This document shows, piece by piece, positions 25,732 to 29,984 of a stretch of 29,984 bases of DNA; within the stretch, counting starts at the first letter, position 1, and the number at the start of each line of letters is the position of its first letter. The notes below the pieces were generated by a model that was not told the DNA's origin, did not search any database, and saw nothing but the letters and a program-made list of their open reading frames with translations. Position numbers and translations under genes: made by a program. The stretch comes from a virus (Duplodnaviria; Caudoviricetes), in the IMG/VR virus record IMGVR_UViG_3300025534_000029, positions 1 to 29,984 of that record; one strand, written 5' to 3'.

Positions 25732-26664
25732 TTATTTAACAATTTTAACATCTGATGGTTCAGCACTCATGCCAGGAATGGTAATATTTGCGCCAATTGT
25801 ACTTTCATAAGAAAAATTACCTGTTATGGTACCAAATACTTCTACAATATCATCTTCAACTGCATCAGTTGTACCATTAACCAATACTGCCATTGTATCA
25901 TCATAAAATCCATAACCTTTATTTGTAATATTCACTCTTAATAAAGTTGTTCCGTTTTCCTCTAACGCTTGAATCACTTGTCCTTTGATAAAATACGGTT
26001 CTCCTTTATAGTTATCAGCATTTTTCTTCAAATGATTGTATGAAATTTGTTTGGCATTTTCTTTTCCTTTGTTGATTTCCTCTTGTTTCTTCTTCTCTTC
26101 TTGTTGTTTTATGTATTCTTGCGCAGCTTTAGAGTGTTTCACACTAACAGTCACTTCATTATCGTCTTTTCCTTCTTTGGAAGCATAAAAACTATAGTCT
26201 GTTGCCAAATTAACATCTACTGAAAATGTTCCGTCATCATTTACTTTTATATCTTTCTTTTCCGTATCTTCTGGATTTCCTAGCCCAACTGTATCAAATG
26301 TCATGACAAGTTGAGTTCCAGGTTCAGTTTTTCCTGTGATGGTTGCAACTGCTTTTTCATTTGTTTCATATTCTGTTTTGTCTGTTGATAGAGAAACTTT
26401 TGGAAGCTCTTGCTTGTCTTGCTCCTCTTGTTCTGATTGATCATTATTTGTACTAGCCGTTTCGCTATCACCAGAAGATACACTAATTGAAAAAAGAACC
26501 ATACCTATACATAGACTTACCACTGGATAGAGAAACATTTTTTTCAATGATGCAATAGGTTTGTGTTTAATTTTTTTAACAAAGAATAAAATAGAAGAAA
26601 CAATAAGATAAATAATCGATACAACAATGGCGAAAAATCCCAACAATCCTAAAATAGCAAACAT
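25732..26664 (-). CDS. Membrane-anchored extracellular protein, candidate superinfection exclusion factor
   Basis: Two N-terminal TM helices, Ig-like middle, C-terminal OB-fold-like GQVIQ...EDDIVEVFG...TIP; lies in the lysogeny module. Confidence 0.75.
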   Translation of the reverse strand: MFAILGLLGFFAIVVSIIYLIVSSILFFVKKIKHKPIASLKKMFLYPVVSLCIGMVLFSISVSSGDSETASTNNDQSEQEEQDKQELPKVSLSTDKTEYETNEKAVATITGKTEPGTQLVMTFDTVGLGNPEDTEKKDIKVNDDGTFSVDVNLATDYSFYASKEGKDDNEVTVSVKHSKAAQEYIKQQEEKKKQEEINKGKENAKQISYNHLKKNADNYKGEPYFIKGQVIQALEENGTTLLRVNITNKGYGFYDDTMAVLVNGTTDAVEDDIVEVFGTITGNFSYESTIGANITIPGMSAEPSDVKIVK

Positions 26665-26749
26665 AAAGATCCTCCTTAATAACTTATATCATTTGAATAT
26701 CAATTCTAATATATATTAATATTTTCCAATTTTACTCCTAATAATAACT

Positions 26750-27163
26750 TTATATATACCTCTCCATCTCCAAAGGAATCCCATTTTCTCGCAAAATATC
26801 ATATTTGGTTTCATAATCTTCTAAATTTTCTCCGTGTAAGAGGAGATGGACAGCGAATTCATTTGCCTCACGTTCGATTTTGTCTTTTGAGAATAAAGTA
26901 TTCTTATGTAAAAAAGGTGTATTCTCATCTTTGTGAAGAATAGCGTGTCCAAGTTCATGAGCACAAACAAATTTTTTTAAATAGTCTTCTATATCGGAAT
27001 TAATAGTAATAACTTGATGACGAACATTTTTCATATAGAACCCCAATGTTTGACCAAGAGGAAAATATCTAATAATGATATTTCTGTTTTTTGCAATTTC
27101 AAAAGGATTATTTGTCCGGTGTTTTTTAATCTCTCTATCTAATGTCCGTATAATCCAATTCAA
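26750..27163 (-). CDS. immA: ImmA/IrrE-family metalloprotease (anti-repressor)
   Basis: TNNPFEIA, CAHELGHA (HExxH), EREANEFA; likely TTG start at 27163. Confidence 0.93.
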   Translation of the reverse strand: MNWIIRTLDREIKKHRTNNPFEIAKNRNIIIRYFPLGQTLGFYMKNVRHQVITINSDIEDYLKKFVCAHELGHAILHKDENTPFLHKNTLFSKDKIEREANEFAVHLLLHGENLEDYETKYDILRENGIPLEMERYI

Positions 27164-27174
27164 GAAACTCACTC

Positions 27175-27624
27175 CTAATCTTTACGGTATTTTTTGGGAG
27201 TGAATTTTTTCTTAGCGAGTTGTTTTGTAAGTCTTAAGTTACTTTCGATCGCTGCCTTAACCAATTCTTTTGTTTCCTCGTCCATTGGCTCACCGTCAAA
27301 GGCTAGAGCTGTATCTGAATCCATGCTTTCGAGTATTTTTTCAAGTTGCTTAGCAATGTCTCGTTCGTCTTTTGCCGTTAACCTAGGAAGATTATCTTTA
27401 TGGTTTGATGGGTTATTAGATCTTGGGTTATCAGATCTTCCAAGTAAATAATCTGTTGATGTTTCGAGCACATCAGCCAGTAGAGCTAACATTTCATTCG
27501 AGGGCGTGCTATACCCGTTTTCATAATTACTAATTGTTCCTTTTGTAGTATTCACTTTTTTTGCTAGTTCTTCCTGAGTATACTTTCTAAGTTTTCTCAT
27601 ATGTTTAAGCCTTTGGGATAGCAT
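27175..27624 (-). CDS. XRE-family immunity repressor (ImmR/CI-like)
   Basis: TQEELA...TISNYENG..STDYLLGR; RBS AAGGGTGA supports ATG 27624. Confidence 0.93.
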   Translation of the reverse strand: MLSQRLKHMRKLRKYTQEELAKKVNTTKGTISNYENGYSTPSNEMLALLADVLETSTDYLLGRSDNPRSNNPSNHKDNLPRLTAKDERDIAKQLEKILESMDSDTALAFDGEPMDEETKELVKAAIESNLRLTKQLAKKKFTPKKYRKD

Positions 27625-27644
27625 ATCATCACCCTTTTTTAAAT

Positions 27645-27761
27645 GTACAAGTTTATTGTACATAAATTAAATTAAATTTAAACAATAGTACAAAAAAATT
27701 GTACTTTTGTATTGACATACAAGTTTCTTGTACATATAATAAAAGTACAAGATATTCATAC
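27645..27761. promoter_or_regulatory. Genetic switch: four 17-bp operators and consensus rightward promoter
   Basis: GTACAAG-N3-(C/A)TTGTAC-like sites at 27645, 27688, 27717, 27745; TTGACA(27712)-17-TATAAT(27735). Confidence 0.9.
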
Positions 27762-27778
27762 AACAAGGTGGTGAGACA

Positions 27779-28003
27779 TTGAAAAATACCAATTTAATTA
27801 ACTCACGTAAATCCAAAGGATTAACACAAGAGCAATTGGCCCATATAGTAGGATGCAAGGGTAGACAAGCCGTTTCTAACTGGGAGAATGGCTATTCAAC
27901 TCCTCCGTTAGCAATTGCTCTAAAGGTTGCAGAAGTATTAGAAAAAGATGTTGCTTTTTTATTTGGACATAAAGTACAAGAAACTCATACAAATTCAGCC
28001 TAA
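27779..28003 (+). CDS. Cro-like XRE regulator
   Basis: GLTQEQLA...AVSNWENG; divergent from repressor; RBS AAGGTGGTG. Confidence 0.92.
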   Translation: MKNTNLINSRKSKGLTQEQLAHIVGCKGRQAVSNWENGYSTPPLAIALKVAEVLEKDVAFLFGHKVQETHTNSA

Positions 28004-28054
28004 GATAAAAAGCCGCAACTATTTTCTAACTTCATCCTTGCGGGAGGTGATCTA

Positions 28055-28183
28055 ATGAAAAAACACTCATCGATGAAAGTCATAGTCGTAAAAGGCGAAA
28101 ACTTTGAAAAAGTCGTCAAAGAAGCGCAAAACCATTTTTTTGATTTCTTGACACAATACACAAAAGAAAAGGAGGCGTCTTGA
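28055..28183 (+). CDS. Unannotated 42-aa ORF, paralog of the ORF upstream of the integrase
   Basis: RBS GGGAGGTGA; MKKHSSMKVIVVKGENFEKVVKEAQNHFFDFLTQYTKEKEAS; TGATG coupling to next gene. Confidence 0.75.
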   Translation: MKKHSSMKVIVVKGENFEKVVKEAQNHFFDFLTQYTKEKEAS

Positions 28184-28917
28184 TGAATCAGTTGCAACCA
28201 GTTCAACAAAAACTTGTTGATTTTAATGGTACTGAGATTATGGCTATTCAAACTAATGATAAAAAGATTTTTGCTGGCGTTAAATCAATTTGCCAAGGAT
28301 TGAAATTAGATCCACGTCGTCAAAAAGAAAAATTACAATCTCACTTAACGCTTTCAAAGGGAGTGGCAACCCTGACACTACCTACGAATGGTGGTATGCA
28401 AGAAACATTAGTTATTGATATTGATTTTCTTCCACTTTGGTTGGCTTCTATCAATCCGGCTTTAGTTAGTGAAGAAGTGAGAGAAAACTTACTCGACTTT
28501 CAACTTAAAGCAAAAGATGTTCTTGCTTCTGCTTTTATTAAAAAAGAAAATGTAACTCCACTTTCAAAGGATCAAGCCCTTGTTACAGTGCTGCGGACAA
28601 CAGCTGATTTAGTCGAAAAACAAGATTCAATTATCAAAGAGCAGCATGAAATTAGAAAGTTAGTTTCGCAGATTGATAACAAAGTGGAAGAACAAATTAC
28701 TCTTGATCATGGTGAACAACGCCGGATTCAAAAATGTGTTGCCACGAGAGTATATGAACTTGCTGATGATCGCGAAACAAGATCCAAGCTTTTCAGAGAG
28801 TTGTATCGAGAAATCAAAGATAGATTTGCTGTTGCAAGTTACCGGGATCTAAAACGTCGAGATTTATTTCAAGCTATCTGCTATATAGAGAACTGGATCC
28901 CGAAAAAGGTTTCATGA
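28183..28917 (+). CDS. Antirepressor-family protein (P22 Ant-like N-terminus, ORF6C-like C-terminus)
   Basis: VDFNG, LPTNGGMQE, FLPLWLASI; LYREIKDRFAVASYRDL...YIENW. Confidence 0.88.
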   Translation: MNQLQPVQQKLVDFNGTEIMAIQTNDKKIFAGVKSICQGLKLDPRRQKEKLQSHLTLSKGVATLTLPTNGGMQETLVIDIDFLPLWLASINPALVSEEVRENLLDFQLKAKDVLASAFIKKENVTPLSKDQALVTVLRTTADLVEKQDSIIKEQHEIRKLVSQIDNKVEEQITLDHGEQRRIQKCVATRVYELADDRETRSKLFRELYREIKDRFAVASYRDLKRRDLFQAICYIENWIPKKVS

Positions 28918-28979
28918 TTATCTTAACTCTTATTCGTGTATAGAAAAATATACCAATTAATACAAAAGGGGGAATTTAT

Positions 28980-29501
28980 TTGCAAGCGCAATATGTCGGT
29001 GAAGCCGTCGGCCGGCTTCTTGAAGATGAAGAAATTCCAGGTGTTCAGCTGGCATGGGATTTGAACATATCTGAGCAACTGGTTTCCCATTACAAAAACA
29101 ATCGACGAAAGATGCAACCAGACATAGCAGAACATTCAATAAGAAAACTAGATAACCCTTTTTACATCATGGAGATACTACATAAATTCTCGGATCATTG
29201 TTCACCCCCGGTGTTTCGAGGGAAGTCAGTAGAAGAACATCGATTAGCCTTTGAGGAAGTGACAATAACAGAGGCTTATGAAGCAATCAAAACCCTTGAG
29301 GAAGTAAGTCTTGTTAAGTCACCAGCACTTGTGACACCGGAAGAAAGGCAACGTATCAAAGATACAATAGGAGAGTTGTTAGATGTTGAAGCCTGGGCGA
29401 GGAATTTAGCAGCAATTCTTTGCTCAGAGTACAAAATATCATGGAAAGAAGCATATAAAAGCAGGATACCAACTTGGAAAGCGAAAGGGTGGATGGAATG
29501 A
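28980..29501 (+). CDS. HTH-containing early regulatory protein
   Basis: QLAWDLNISEQLVSHYKNNRRKM; RBS AAGGGGG, TTG start. Confidence 0.8.
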   Translation: MQAQYVGEAVGRLLEDEEIPGVQLAWDLNISEQLVSHYKNNRRKMQPDIAEHSIRKLDNPFYIMEILHKFSDHCSPPVFRGKSVEEHRLAFEEVTITEAYEAIKTLEEVSLVKSPALVTPEERQRIKDTIGELLDVEAWARNLAAILCSEYKISWKEAYKSRIPTWKAKGWME

Positions 29502-29728
29502 ACTCATACGAAAAACGCTACTACAAACAGATGACAAAAGAAATGGAATGTGTACGTGATCTCCTTATTGAAATTGAAGGAAAAATGATTAATCAAAATT
29601 ATGATTTAGCGATATCACGCTGCTACGACATGATTCGGTCATTAGAGACTATGAAAAAAATTCATACGGAAAAACAATTCTTGGATGCATTGGTATCAGC
29701 AGGTTTCAGGGTCTTAGGGGGTCGATGA
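29498..29728 (+). CDS. Hypothetical early protein
   Basis: ATGA overlap with previous gene, RBS GGGTGG. Confidence 0.75.
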   Translation: MNSYEKRYYKQMTKEMECVRDLLIEIEGKMINQNYDLAISRCYDMIRSLETMKKIHTEKQFLDALVSAGFRVLGGR

Positions 29729-29817
29729 TGATGGAACTCCATCACATCTTGGCTTATGGCGGTTTGTTGTTTGTGATATTTGGAAGTTTCATTGTTTGGA
29801 AAGAAACTGAGAAATAA
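29725..29817 (+). CDS. Single-TM peptide of about 30 aa
   Basis: RBS AGGGGG; MMMELHHILAYGGLLFVIFGSFIVWKETEK. Confidence 0.6.
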   Translation: MMMELHHILAYGGLLFVIFGSFIVWKETEK

Positions 29818-29891
29818 AAAAAGCAGCAAGCAAAAGCTTACTGCAAATACAGTCTACTTTCATTGTATGACAGGGCTTTTGCCCCTGTCAA
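29816..29891 (-). ncRNA. Leftward promoter-terminator unit predicting a ~40-nt RNA
   Basis: TTGACA(29891-29886)-18-TACAAT(29867-29862); terminator GCAGTAAGC-TTTT-GCTTGCTGC-TTTTTTT. Confidence 0.5.
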
Positions 29892-29973
29892 TATGGTCGG
29901 GAAGAAAAACCCCCTATTCCGCACATCTCCCACTCCCCACTTCCTGGCCATATTGATGCGGGCAACTGCATCA
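29868..29973 (+). ncRNA. Three-hairpin structured RNA candidate with C-rich loop
   Basis: TGACAGGG/CCCTGTCA; 17-bp stem with G-U pairs; TGATGCGG-GCAA-CTGCATCA. Confidence 0.55.
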
Positions 29974-29984
29974 GGGTAGTGGCG

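Larger units (their letters stand above)
1..29984. mobile_element. Temperate siphovirus (phi105/HK97-like head, non-contractile tail), excised or virion configuration
   Basis: Complete packaging-to-lysis gene order, continuing through integrase and attP into the immunity region with no host genes. Confidence 0.95.

Noticed and set aside
24351-29139. Antisense ORFs over integrase, repressor and early genes (e.g. 25178-25507, 27194-27451, 28000-28251)
   Set aside because: They overlap confident genes on the other strand; the low-complexity Ser/Leu runs mirror Glu/Lys codons
1-29984. CRISPR array, diversity-generating retroelement, arbitrium genes, tRNA, introns
   Set aside because: I saw no spaced repeats, reverse transcriptase, TPR receptor-peptide pair, cloverleaf or interrupted core genes on manual reading

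Overview
About 30 kb of a temperate, phi105/HK97-type siphovirus of a spore-forming Bacillaceae host. No host genes are present. Gene order: terminases, portal, Clp protease, capsid, neck, tail, tape measure, Dit, tail fibre, holin and endolysin, a leftward accessory island, a large serine recombinase with an intact attP, the ImmA/ImmR-Cro switch, and the first early genes. The main finding is that the recombinase closely resembles SpoIVCA/CisA of the B. subtilis skin element. The inverted-repeat attP after it reads AAC GAA ATT TTG ATG (N-E-I-L-M, the sigK skin insertion point) on the minus strand. Its upstream region carries a SpoIIID-type box, a sigmaE/K-type -10 and an unannotated small ORF, and that ORF has a paralog in the lytic early operon. 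This looks like a morphogenetically intact skin phage in excised form, with possibly two separately controlled excision factors. Other findings are a +1 CCC-TAA frameshift adding an FN3 domain to the capsid, a -1 GGGAAAG tail-chaperone frameshift, a mini P-loop protein between terL and portal, an operator-controlled island of small genes, a repeat-bounded PemK cassette, a LexA-box operon and structured RNA candidates. Family assignments come from motif recognition and memory; no searches were run.
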